Part shown: positions 26,250 to 34,747 of the stretch, one piece after another | How the letters are laid out: each line of letters starts with the position of its first letter | Numbering within the stretch: the first letter of the stretch is position 1 | Virus record (IMG/VR): IMGVR_UViG_3300025066_000029 | Coordinates: 1 to 58,903 of that record | Length of the DNA: 58,903 bases | Strand: one strand, 5' to 3' | Source of the DNA: a virus | Taxonomy: Duplodnaviria; Caudoviricetes | Notes under the pieces: model-generated | Seen by the model: the letters and a program-made list of their open reading frames with translations, nothing else | What the model was told of the DNA's origin: nothing | Database searches by the model: none | Position numbers and translations under genes: made by a program

Positions 26250-26725
26250 AATTGTGGTAAGTTCACAAACTCAATAGTACCACAACCACCATGCTCATTA
26301 GCCCACTTGGTAATTGCTTTCTCAGCAGTACCTTGGATGGTGGTCTCCTCAATATTGTCGTCATCATCATCAGGGTTGTAGTTGTATGCCGCAAGTAGGC
26401 ATCCATGTGAGTGCTCGTGCTTGTTGCCTCCGTGGATTCGGAGCCCTGAAAATGATATACCTTGGGATTCCAGTGTCTTATCTGTGGTGTTGTATATGAG
26501 TATCATGTCTCTCTTAAACCTCGGAGAAGAAGTAACCTCATAACTATATACACCAGCAGGGATAGCAGTATGACCATAAACTTTTATAAAGGGAGGACGT
26601 AGTGTGTCTTCCAGCGAATAACAGTGATACTTATCGCCTAAGTATATCTTGCCTATTGTAGTTTGTTGTGTATACTTAAATCTCTCAATCTTTATGTGAG
26701 CCATGTTCAATGTATATGAGTTCAT
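26246..26725 (-). CDS. DUF5675 family protein (L,D-transpeptidase-like putative cell-wall enzyme)
   Basis: TIGKIY...CYSLED...TAIPAGVY...RIHGGN...SHGCLL signature. Confidence 0.75.
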   Translation of the reverse strand: MNSYTLNMAHIKIERFKYTQQTTIGKIYLGDKYHCYSLEDTLRPPFIKVYGHTAIPAGVYSYEVTSSPRFKRDMILIYNTTDKTLESQGISFSGLRIHGGNKHEHSHGCLLAAYNYNPDDDDDNIEETTIQGTAEKAITKWANEHGGCGTIEFVNLPQL

Positions 26726-26767
26726 GAGTGTGTTTTTTCCACACCCATGAATACTCTGGTTTACTTA

Positions 26768-27028
26768 TTATACTGGCCACTTTGCTGCAGGGCACTCGCT
26801 GCTTGGGGATAGAGTCTTTGCAGCTATGTTGCATCCGCATCCCCCTACAAGTTGTCCTGTCTTTCTGTGTATTGTCTGTTTCTTTGTACTGCATGAATTC
26901 TTTATTCTCACTTTACATGTATTGCATACTTCAAGGCGTTGTCTTGCCATCCTTTTTGTATCCTCATCCAAGAGGTTAAATTCATCAAGGATCTTATTAC
27001 CCCAACCTTCAAGTATCTGCTTAAACAT
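26768..27028 (-). CDS. Cys-rich putative zinc-binding protein
   Basis: RLEVCNTC...C...GCGC...K...ECPAAKW pattern. Confidence 0.6.
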   Translation of the reverse strand: MFKQILEGWGNKILDEFNLLDEDTKRMARQRLEVCNTCKVRIKNSCSTKKQTIHRKTGQLVGGCGCNIAAKTLSPSSECPAAKWPV

Positions 27029-27614
27029 TTACACTCTCTATTGTTGCTACATGAACCTTTGAATAACCCTCATAGTTGGGGAAGAGACTACTGCTTTCCG
27101 TGAGATACTCAATAGACTGGTTACCCATAACATCTACTTTAGTCTTATCCAGATAGAACCTCTGGGCCTGAAGATCAAACCATGAAAGATTTACAGTATC
27201 TCCTACCTTAAGGTTTGCATATCCGGGTGTCTGTGTCACTGTGTTTCCAAGTGCACAAATAACACCAGTGAAGTAGTATGGAAGTGGGTTATCAATCTCT
27301 GTTGTGTTTCCCCTTTCAGTTGTAATTGGAATCTTATTATAAGATTGTGTTCCCTCTAAGAAGGAGCTTCCTGTGTCTTTTCTAACGTAGTCCTCCTTTT
27401 GTAAGCGGACAATAACATGTGCCCCCAAGAGTTTAATTTTCTTAAACTGCTTATCAATCTTGTTAAGGTTCTTGTTATAATCCTCAACATCTTGTTGAAT
27501 CTTTTCTGCGCGCTCTGCAAGTTCTTTAGCAAGCTTATCTTCCTGTAATCCTACAGGTAGTACTAAGTCACTACTTGCTGCTGAAATGTCATCTACTTTT
27601 CCTATTCCTTTCAT
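27021..27614 (-). CDS. GroES-like co-chaperonin
   Basis: IKLLGAHVIVR...GVICALG...LKVGDTV matches the Cpn10 strand pattern. Confidence 0.55.
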   Translation of the reverse strand: MKGIGKVDDISAASSDLVLPVGLQEDKLAKELAERAEKIQQDVEDYNKNLNKIDKQFKKIKLLGAHVIVRLQKEDYVRKDTGSSFLEGTQSYNKIPITTERGNTTEIDNPLPYYFTGVICALGNTVTQTPGYANLKVGDTVNLSWFDLQAQRFYLDKTKVDVMGNQSIEYLTESSSLFPNYEGYSKVHVATIESVNV

Positions 27615-27919
27615 TTTTTAATTATTTTGTTCTTTTTGTAATTGTTGTTTGCTTGTTTGAGGTCTTTATAAACCTCTAATCTAATCTTGGAAGACTCCCT
27701 GTAAGGGTGCCTTTCTATGTATTTCTCATACCTGTCTATGATGTCATTTAGTTTACTATCCATCACAGAGAAGGTACCTAACTTATTTACGAGTATTGCT
27801 GGATTATTTGGAAAGCGCAGGTTGTCCCACACAAAGTTCCACTGGTGTTTCCAACAATGTTCCACCTGCTCAGGCGTAACTTGGAACTCTTCCGCTACTT
27901 GTTGGTATATATCCTTCAC
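27611..27919 (-). CDS. IHF/HU-like DNA-binding protein
   Basis: IYQQVAEEFQVT...ILVNKLGTFSV, HU-like helices plus GTF turn. Confidence 0.6.
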   Translation of the reverse strand: MKDIYQQVAEEFQVTPEQVEHCWKHQWNFVWDNLRFPNNPAILVNKLGTFSVMDSKLNDIIDRYEKYIERHPYRESSKIRLEVYKDLKQANNNYKKNKIIKK

Positions 27920-28115
27920 AGTATATCCTATCCAAATTTACTGGATCTATAAGTATTGGTATTCCGCAATACTGCCCTAATGGTAAGTATGCTGGTATTG
28001 ATAATGCTTCTCTAAGATCATTATACTTGTCAGTACCAAGAATCATTCTTGTGGGTTGGAGAAATCTATCATAAACTCCATCAACTGCTCTTTCAAACTC
28101 CTTAATTATTGTCAT
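27870..28115 (-). CDS. hypothetical protein
   Basis: 81 aa, overlapping neighbours in operon orientation. Confidence 0.4.
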   Translation of the reverse strand: MTIIKEFERAVDGVYDRFLQPTRMILGTDKYNDLREALSIPAYLPLGQYCGIPILIDPVNLDRIYCEGYIPTSSGRVPSYA

Positions 28116-28512
28116 CTATGTTCATTCTTATTGTGTAATTAACAGTTACAGGATTATCTACTGTATTCTTAATATTCTTGATTGCTGGGTGAACATCTAT
28201 GAAGTCGTCTTCATCTCTTCTTAGAATGCCCTTATCCTCAAGTGTCTGTAGAATCTTGTATATTCCTGTTGCTGTTACACCAAGGTCCTCCGATAGTTGG
28301 TACTTCTTAGACCTACCATCCTGACTCTTCTTAGTATCGAGAACATAGTTCTTAGGCTTGGTACAGATTATTGCTGCTAATTGTATTTCTCTTGTTGTTA
28401 ACTTCTGGTTCTTTGGTATTTGCAAATTCCTTAGTTGGAAGTAGAACTCAAAGAATTCCTTCCTGCTAAATTCCTTCTTTACCAGAGTTGCCACTGTTGT
28501 TCTTTCTGTCAT
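28102..28512 (-). CDS. winged helix-turn-helix protein
   Basis: LTTREIQL...QLSEDLGVTATGIYKILQTLEDKGIL. Confidence 0.7.
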   Translation of the reverse strand: MTERTTVATLVKKEFSRKEFFEFYFQLRNLQIPKNQKLTTREIQLAAIICTKPKNYVLDTKKSQDGRSKKYQLSEDLGVTATGIYKILQTLEDKGILRRDEDDFIDVHPAIKNIKNTVDNPVTVNYTIRMNIDDNN

Positions 28513-28517
28513 TTCTG

Positions 28518-28525
28518 CAAAGATA
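28518..28525 (-). promoter_or_regulatory. Bacteroidota-type -7 promoter element
   Basis: TATCTTTG 5 nt before the wHTH ATG. Confidence 0.55.
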
Positions 28526-28560
28526 GTTAAAAATATTTACAAAATCAGTACATTTATGGA

Positions 28561-28728
28561 TTAAAAGTGAATCTCACCCATTCCATACTGTTCTGCAAAC
28601 CGTGTAATTGGTATTTCTTCTCCAGTTTCGTTGTCTAATACAATGTCATCTCCTGCTTCATAAAAGAACTGTGTCCCTTCTGAATCATTAATGAATTGTA
28701 CTAGAGCTGCGGTATCTTCTATTGTCAT
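28561..28728 (-). CDS. 55-aa acidic hypothetical protein, not in the ORF track
   Basis: MTIEDTAALVQFINDSEGTQFFYEAGDD...; ATGA overlap with the upstream gene. Confidence 0.55.
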   Translation of the reverse strand: MTIEDTAALVQFINDSEGTQFFYEAGDDIVLDNETGEEIPITRFAEQYGMGEIHF

Positions 28729-29087
28729 ATGAATGTTAATTGATCAACATACACATCATAGTGTTGTTGTAAGTTATTGTCTGAGGCATCATCTTCAGAT
28801 AATGCTGTAATCTTCACACGCTTACCTGTAAAACCTGTATAGGTGTTTGCGCCTGTTTTATGGTCACCTATATATTCGGTGATCTTATAGTTAATTGGAA
28901 ATCCCCTATAAGACACTACTAACCCTATTTGAGAAGTATGATTTGTGGTATCAGTCTTTAATACCTGTATTTTGGTATCATAATAGGAGAGGTAGTAATA
29001 ATCATTATCCTGATCTACTACCTGTCCTATTGTATTGACGGGGATCCTGTTATCTCTTGTCTTTGTAATCTTTTTCCAAGCACTCAT
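28725..29087 (-). CDS. hypothetical protein
   Basis: 120-aa ORF. Confidence 0.55.
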   Translation of the reverse strand: MSAWKKITKTRDNRIPVNTIGQVVDQDNDYYYLSYYDTKIQVLKTDTTNHTSQIGLVVSYRGFPINYKITEYIGDHKTGANTYTGFTGKRVKITALSEDDASDNNLQQHYDVYVDQLTFI

Positions 29088-29216
29088 TAGTCCATATCTG
29101 AATGATCAAATAGATCAAGTTGTGTGCCTTGTATGGGGAGTTGTTGTGTGGAGGTGCTCACATAAGGTTTTCCATAAGGTGAATCACTTTTTTGACATTG
29201 ACACTCCTCTTGACAA

Positions 29217-29591
29217 TCACATTGAGGGTCTTGATTTTGTGTAGGCATGGTCTGCATTTTTAATTAGTGTATTAACTTTATGTGTCTCAAGATTATCATG
29301 GTCAGCAAAGCGTTGTACACCTGCTTCTGTAATCCAGTGCCCTTGTGCACCACTTTTAGTTTCCAGTGGGTGTGTTTCTGGATCTATAATGTTGAGTATT
29401 TTAGGAACATCCAATATTCCTTCAAATAGTATTTCATCTTCACCAAGTCCAGCAATGTATGCTACCCTTTGTGTAAATCGGATATAATTGTTTCCCTTAT
29501 CCTTCAGGCAGAGTATTCCTGCATCCACAGGTAGTACCCAAAAATCATCACCAGCTTCTTTAAAGCCAGCCTCTTGTAATTGTTCTGTCAT
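29217..29591 (-). CDS. hypothetical protein
   Basis: 124-aa ORF. Confidence 0.55.
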   Translation of the reverse strand: MTEQLQEAGFKEAGDDFWVLPVDAGILCLKDKGNNYIRFTQRVAYIAGLGEDEILFEGILDVPKILNIIDPETHPLETKSGAQGHWITEAGVQRFADHDNLETHKVNTLIKNADHAYTKSRPSM

Positions 29592-29594
29592 TCT

Positions 29595-29873
29595 TTAAAT
29601 GTCTTTAAATTTAATTATCGTTCTATTCTTTGTGGAAACCCAGATGAAAGATACTATCTTCATAGTCAGGAAGAATCCATGAACTGGATAATGTATCCAC
29701 AGTGTATTTGTTAACATACCCAATAAGAAGATCAGTGGAAGGAATGCGATTAAGGGCACATCCCACTTGTCTATGTAGGTTGTTGGGTTATTAGTTGTGT
29801 TTGGTTTGTAAAGGTATTTCGTGTATCTCCATAGTTTTTGTATACCGTTCAGTAGTTTGGTAACCATCTTCAT
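29595..29873 (-). CDS. two-TM membrane protein
   Basis: Hydrophobic segments VPLIAFLPLIFLLGML and FFLTMKIVSFIWV. Confidence 0.45.
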   Translation of the reverse strand: MKMVTKLLNGIQKLWRYTKYLYKPNTTNNPTTYIDKWDVPLIAFLPLIFLLGMLTNTLWIHYPVHGFFLTMKIVSFIWVSTKNRTIIKFKDI

Positions 29874-30588
29874 AGGTTGTAATTTTTATAATAAGTCCTG
29901 TATAATTAATTGGATCAATAACCTGTCCAAGGTAGTTAATATATTGGGTTCCATGAATAGGACTCCTTGAAGAATCCTGCATAGAAGAAAGTGGTGGTGA
30001 TAGTTTTAGTGGGTTTCCTGGTGTTTGAATGTCAATGTAGATGTAGACGGTGTCTGGGAAATTGTAGAAATTACTAAATGTGATGTCAAATTTTTGTCCG
30101 GGAAATGTAGGAAGTGGTGTTGAAATAGCTTTTCCCCAATATGCTTCCCAATCATTATTTGTCATAGAAGGGTGCTCCCACATTCCTGTAACTGCTAACC
30201 ATGTATTTCTGGGTTTGTGAGGTTTTATCCTTATTGAGTAATTACATCTTCGTGCTATAAAGGGATGATTACAACTTTGTGCAGTGTAAATTGACCAATC
30301 ATAATCCCGTCTAATGATTGTATAAGGGTTGTTACTACCACAAGGGTAAGCAATGAGCATTCTAAACATACCAGTACTATTGGAAGTGAATCCAAAATGT
30401 TCTGTGTATTCCATTGGTTGTGCACAATTATTATAATCTGTATAGTTAATTGTTGTATCAGGTACTATAATATTGATTCCTTCCTTAAGCTTTGTTCTTG
30501 AAGTTTCACAAGTGATTGTCTGTGCAGAAACTAGGGAACCAAAGATTACCAACGCAAATAATAGTGCTAATTTTTTCAAGTATTTCAT
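29791..30588 (-). CDS. secreted protein with a T9SS-CTD-like C-terminus
   Basis: Signal peptide MKYLKKLALLFALVIFGSLVSA-Q; C-terminal YINYLGQVI...GLIIKITTYEDG. Confidence 0.55.
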   Translation of the reverse strand: MKYLKKLALLFALVIFGSLVSAQTITCETSRTKLKEGINIIVPDTTINYTDYNNCAQPMEYTEHFGFTSNSTGMFRMLIAYPCGSNNPYTIIRRDYDWSIYTAQSCNHPFIARRCNYSIRIKPHKPRNTWLAVTGMWEHPSMTNNDWEAYWGKAISTPLPTFPGQKFDITFSNFYNFPDTVYIYIDIQTPGNPLKLSPPLSSMQDSSRSPIHGTQYINYLGQVIDPINYTGLIIKITTYEDGYQTTERYTKTMEIHEIPLQTKHN

Positions 30589-31095
30589 GTTTCAGTTTTT
30601 GAATGTGTGCGTATATATAAATAACTACAAAGGTTGTTGTCATGCCAGCGGACCTCCACCACTCCACACTAATTGTTAAGTATGTTATGAAGAATAATAG
30701 AATTGTTATGATTATAAATATTATCCATTTAGACATAAAAAGATTTCCCCCGCAAAATTTTAGGCTTTGCAAGCTAACCAATATTCTATCACTAAACTTC
30801 CAGAAGTGTACGTCAGTAAGAGGTATCAGTTTTATTTCCTCATTACCTACACCATAGAGGGACGTCTATATCAACCCTTAGTCTTTACCCTCTTCTTCTT
30901 TTATATTGTGATCAGGTTCTTCATTGTTATTTTGAGACTTTACCAAATAATGTTTTAAAAACTCCTCCATAGTGATATCACCGTGTTGGACCATATAAGC
31001 TAAATCATCTAATGTCATCTCTGCAAGTTTATTACCTGTTTGTTTCCTAAGGTATCCTTGTAAATCAAACTAACCAAGGGCTTAGGTGTTATTTG

Positions 31096-31281
31096 TTAAT
31101 ACTTTCTTTTTCTACTTGATTTTCCCAGTGGGCTTTTTTTAATCCTCACATTTGCACCACCTTTGTTTAATCTTCCAGCATTACATCTGCCACCACTTGT
31201 AACTCTTACACCACCTCTTCTTGTTGTGGTTCTTTTTCCCCGTTTTCCCCGTCTTCCTCCGGGACCAGTACTTGTTGCCAT
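31096..31281 (-). CDS. small Arg/Lys/Gly-rich basic protein
   Basis: 61 aa with no acidic residues; A-rich leader. Confidence 0.6.
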   Translation of the reverse strand: MATSTGPGGRRGKRGKRTTTRRGGVRVTSGGRCNAGRLNKGGANVRIKKSPLGKSSRKRKY

Positions 31282-31663
31282 TTGTTTTTATTTTTTAGTT
31301 TTTAATATAATAATCTGTATCCGTAGTCACCACACTTCTTACACTTCACATCCTTCTGTGTTCCTGCAAAAAGTCTATGCCACATCATTTGTATTTGGTC
31401 TAACCTTTGTACCAATGATGTATTGTTCTTTATCACACTCCTAATTGTTCTGCTATTATTTGTGCATCATATGTAGGACCATCAATTTCACCATTAAGGA
31501 ATAGTTCATCAAGTGTTGGAACCTCTATTCCAAAATATTCCAAGTCCTCTTCTAAAGTGTATTGTTTTATCTTATTGTTCATCTTCAATTTCTTTATAAG
31601 CCACATACTTACCTCTTGCAAATCCTATTAAGAAAACAAGTAGGAGGAGTATGGCTGTTAATA

Positions 31664-32029
31664 TCATTGCAGCATTGTTTTAAAAGCTTTTACCCATTTT
31701 TTATAAACATCTATCTGGTGCTTCTTGTAATCTCTCTCCTTTTCTTCCTGGATATGTGTAATCTTCATCATCAATGTTTGTGCTTCTACGGGTGTCATTT
31801 CAATCATTTCAGTACCAAATTCTCCAGAGGAGAATGCCTGATAATAGAATCCACTCTTATTTTCGTCTGTATTAATATTGGAAAATGCTCCTGACCTTAA
31901 GACTTTAGTAATAATTGTATTTTCCTCTTCATCTTCTACATATTTTACTTCCTGCTCTTCTGGAGAATATGGATGTAGTTCCTGAAACCATTCTGGAATT
32001 TCTGGTAATGCTATTTGTATGTTGTTCAT
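31664..32029 (-). CDS. hypothetical acidic protein
   Basis: Likely start MNNIQIAL at 32029, 5 nt after TACCTTTG (32035-32042). Confidence 0.55.
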   Translation of the reverse strand: MNNIQIALPEIPEWFQELHPYSPEEQEVKYVEDEEENTIITKVLRSGAFSNINTDENKSGFYYQAFSSGEFGTEMIEMTPVEAQTLMMKITHIQEEKERDYKKHQIDVYKKWVKAFKTMLQ

Positions 32030-32094
32030 TGGTGCAAAGGTAAACAATCTTTTCCACTTATTAGGGTGAAGTTGCAAAAAAGTTTGAAATTTGT

Positions 32095-32390
32095 TTGTAA
32101 CTCCTTGATAATCAGGGAGAAAAATTTCAATATCGTAAATCACGAAGTGCAATATGTTGTACTTTTTTGGTGAAAAATAGTTGCTGGAGGTGAAAAACAG
32201 GTGCAAAGTGCACTATGTTGTACTTTTTGTGTGCTAATTTTATACCCTATCAGGTATCAAGGACATTATCATGGACATTGTGTCCTTGATGAATGATATA
32301 TCCTCCACTAAGTGCTTATCAAGGACATAATGATGGATAACTCATTCATGTCTAACATAAGACACCATGTCCCCTTTAGTGTCCTTTATT
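32095..32390. repeat. direct and inverted repeat cluster at the strand-divergence point
   Basis: GTGCAmTATGTTGTACTTTTT twice (~32147, ~32208); ATCAAGGACA...TGTCCTTGAT inverted repeat (32256-32290); further AAGGACA/TGTCC copies. Confidence 0.7.
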
Positions 32391-32623
32391 AGATAGTACT
32401 ACCTTTTGGGGTAACACATAAGGGAGTGCTGCATAAGAGAATGGCGGATAATTAGTGTGTGAAAAATTTGGTAAAAAAAAATAGTAAAAATAAAAAATGG
32501 TATAAGTTTAAGTTGAGGGATACCACTCTTCTGAAGCACCCCACCTTAATTTGGCGGACGAGCACACCCGACTTCGTTTGCAGCGTTTTTAATATTTTCT
32601 CATCGGGTTTAAACTTAAAACAA

Positions 32624-33007
32624 ATGAAGAATTTGATCGTAATGCCTATCGTTGTTGCTTCTGTGAATTCCTATTTCAATAAGGATAAGGAAATCCAACA
32701 TTGTGCCACTGTTCAAGGTTCGGAAGAAGAAATTGCCGAATACGTGAATAGTCAATCGGAACAGTACCAAGACAAGTACATTGTTGACAGCACACATTCC
32801 TTGTTCTGGACTCAACGTCCTATTAGCAAGGGAGATGTGGTTACGTGCACTTCTAATGGTAAGTGGGTAACTGGTGACCTCATGGAAACTGCATTGGCCA
32901 TTGAGTCTGCAAAGAACACCTTCATCGGTAGAGTTAAGGGCGCAGCTATCTTGTTGGGTAAAGACAAGAAAGCGGTTGTCAAGTCAATCTTCGCAGTTGA
33001 AGAGTAG
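32624..33007 (+). CDS. hypothetical early protein
   Basis: Likely start MKNLIVMP after an A-rich leader; first plus-strand gene. Confidence 0.6.
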   Translation: MKNLIVMPIVVASVNSYFNKDKEIQHCATVQGSEEEIAEYVNSQSEQYQDKYIVDSTHSLFWTQRPISKGDVVTCTSNGKWVTGDLMETALAIESAKNTFIGRVKGAAILLGKDKKAVVKSIFAVEE

Positions 33008-33010
33008 GCG

Positions 33011-33101
33011 TAACAACTAAGAACTAAGAACTCAGGGGCTAACGCCTCTGGGTTTTTATATCCTAAGTTCTATATTCTAAGTTCTTAGTTCTAAGTTGTT
33101 A
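33011..33101. repeat. long inverted repeat built from CTAAGAA/TTCTTAG-type heptamers
   Basis: TAACAACTAAGAACTAAGAACT and AGTTCTTAGTTCTAAGTTGTTA are reverse complements at 21/22 positions, flanking an inner hairpin. Confidence 0.75.
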
Positions 33102-33471
33102 GTCTTGTTCAATGTGTGAAGTGTAAACCTTTCTGTTTACAGGTTATATCAGTTAACCTATTGATAATCAACTGATTCAGCTTACCAAAACTAACTAACA
33201 TGAAAAGTGTTTTAGTTATGTCTCCAAGTGGGACTTTGTGCTCTCCTGAAGAGTATGAATGGGACTGTCGTTAGACGGTGAACTACTCATTCCTTATCTC
33301 AGTTATGCTTCTGAGTGATGTCAAAAAGCAGCCTTCCAATCTTGGTATACTATAGCCAATGCAATGTATCCTACATTTGCACAAATATAGTAAAGTACAA
33401 TGGTTTTATAGTATATTGCCTTAAAAATACTATCTTAGAAACGAATTTATTCATCATTAAAATTGATAATC

Positions 33472-33945
33472 ATGCGTTTAGGATACCAACACCACAACGA
33501 TTTATGCAAACTTACAGCTTATCTTTCTGAACACATGAGAACAGCTGTTATACCATATTGCTTTAGTCCCATTAGTATTAAAGTAGATGGTGAAGAATAC
33601 AATGTAATGGGAGTCACTATTAATACTGATTGTGACTTAAATTATTTAGAAGGAATAGTTAGTCAACTTCGCTATGTCTTCATGAATAAGGCATCTGTTC
33701 AACCTGCCTCCACTTTAGGCGAGGCATTGATGGTGTCCAGTTCACAAGAGAAATGCCTTCTTGTTGCTGAAAATGAAGAGGTTATTCAAGCTTATTATAC
33801 TCGTAAGTTTGAATCAGAAGTAGCAGATAGAGTCTGCAGAAAGTTCAACTTCTTCAGAGATGGAGAAGGAAAGAATGAAGAGCAGATTGCTCGTTATGAA
33901 GAGCAAATGAGAGAAGAGTTAGCACACTTGCACCATATGGTGTAA
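33472..33945 (+). CDS. hypothetical protein
   Basis: ~157 aa; TACATTTG at 33372-33379 upstream. Confidence 0.55.
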   Translation: MRLGYQHHNDLCKLTAYLSEHMRTAVIPYCFSPISIKVDGEEYNVMGVTINTDCDLNYLEGIVSQLRYVFMNKASVQPASTLGEALMVSSSQEKCLLVAENEEVIQAYYTRKFESEVADRVCRKFNFFRDGEGKNEEQIARYEEQMREELAHLHHMV

Positions 33946-34220
33946 GTTGTGCTCAAAGTATACACTTAATGATTAATAGTATTCATGCAAGGTTGACAAC
34001 TTGCCCCAAAAGTCCAACAGTAACCCTTTAATAAGAGTTGTCAACTCTTTAGGGAAGGCTGGTAAATATCCATCGTTAAACTTAAGGCTGGTGGAGGGAG
34101 GAATACTATTATTAATACCATAGCAAGATTTGCACCTTAGGGTGTAAGTCTTGTTTTTAGGTTTTCCCAATATCGCCTTAAATATTGGTAGTCAGAAGAA
34201 TAACCAATTAATATACCATT

Positions 34221-34505
34221 ATGATTCTTTTAAACAAGTTGGTTGTTAAGAATGGTGTTATGATTTCCACCCCAATAAAAAGGATAAGGTGGGATGGGCG
34301 CTATAAAACCCTAAAGGAAATCATTTCCGCGAATTTCTTAGTAGGGAAGAAATTACAACCTTTCACCATTAAAAATGGTGAAAATGTATTAGTGTTTAGT
34401 AAAACATTAACACATACACAATGTGACAAAAGTCACATGTTCTTTGTTTTCAAAGAACAAAAATTAGTAAGAAGTGCAAACAATTTATCTGGATTGTTTG
34501 CATAA
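34221..34505 (+). CDS. hypothetical protein
   Basis: 94-aa basic ORF. Confidence 0.4.
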   Translation: MILLNKLVVKNGVMISTPIKRIRWDGRYKTLKEIISANFLVGKKLQPFTIKNGENVLVFSKTLTHTQCDKSHMFFVFKEQKLVRSANNLSGLFA

Positions 34506-34662
34506 AGCATTTTGATAATTGGATTCCATAATCACATACTTGCCAATAGGTGGCTTGAGGGGGAGATAAAGGAATTGAGCTTTGAAAAGTGGGCTTTGAG
34601 TTTGGTCTTGTGATTAACCATCACATACCATTCTCTAAACCACCAATAATAAAACAAAATAC

Positions 34663-34727
34663 TCCTATCCAAGGACTGTAAAGACGACCGCTATTACACA
34701 GCTTGTCTTTGCCCTTCTTGGATAGGA
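34663..34727 (+). ncRNA. unnamed structured RNA, possible pseudoknot
   Basis: TCCTATCCAAGGA/TTCTTGGATAGGA 13-bp closing stem; crossing inner pairings CTGT/ACAG and AAAGACGA/TTGTCTTT. Confidence 0.5.
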
Positions 34728-34747
34728 TTTTCCAATTTTTCAAATAT

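Noticed and set aside
32459-32623. N-terminal extensions of ORF-track calls at 32459, 35806, 43424, 2370 and 32206
   Set aside because: They run through terminators, promoters or neighbouring genes; downstream ATGs with A-rich leaders or stop-start coupling fit better
32140-33110. CRISPR array
   Set aside because: Repeats are few, short or inverted, with no regular repeat-spacer period and no cas genes
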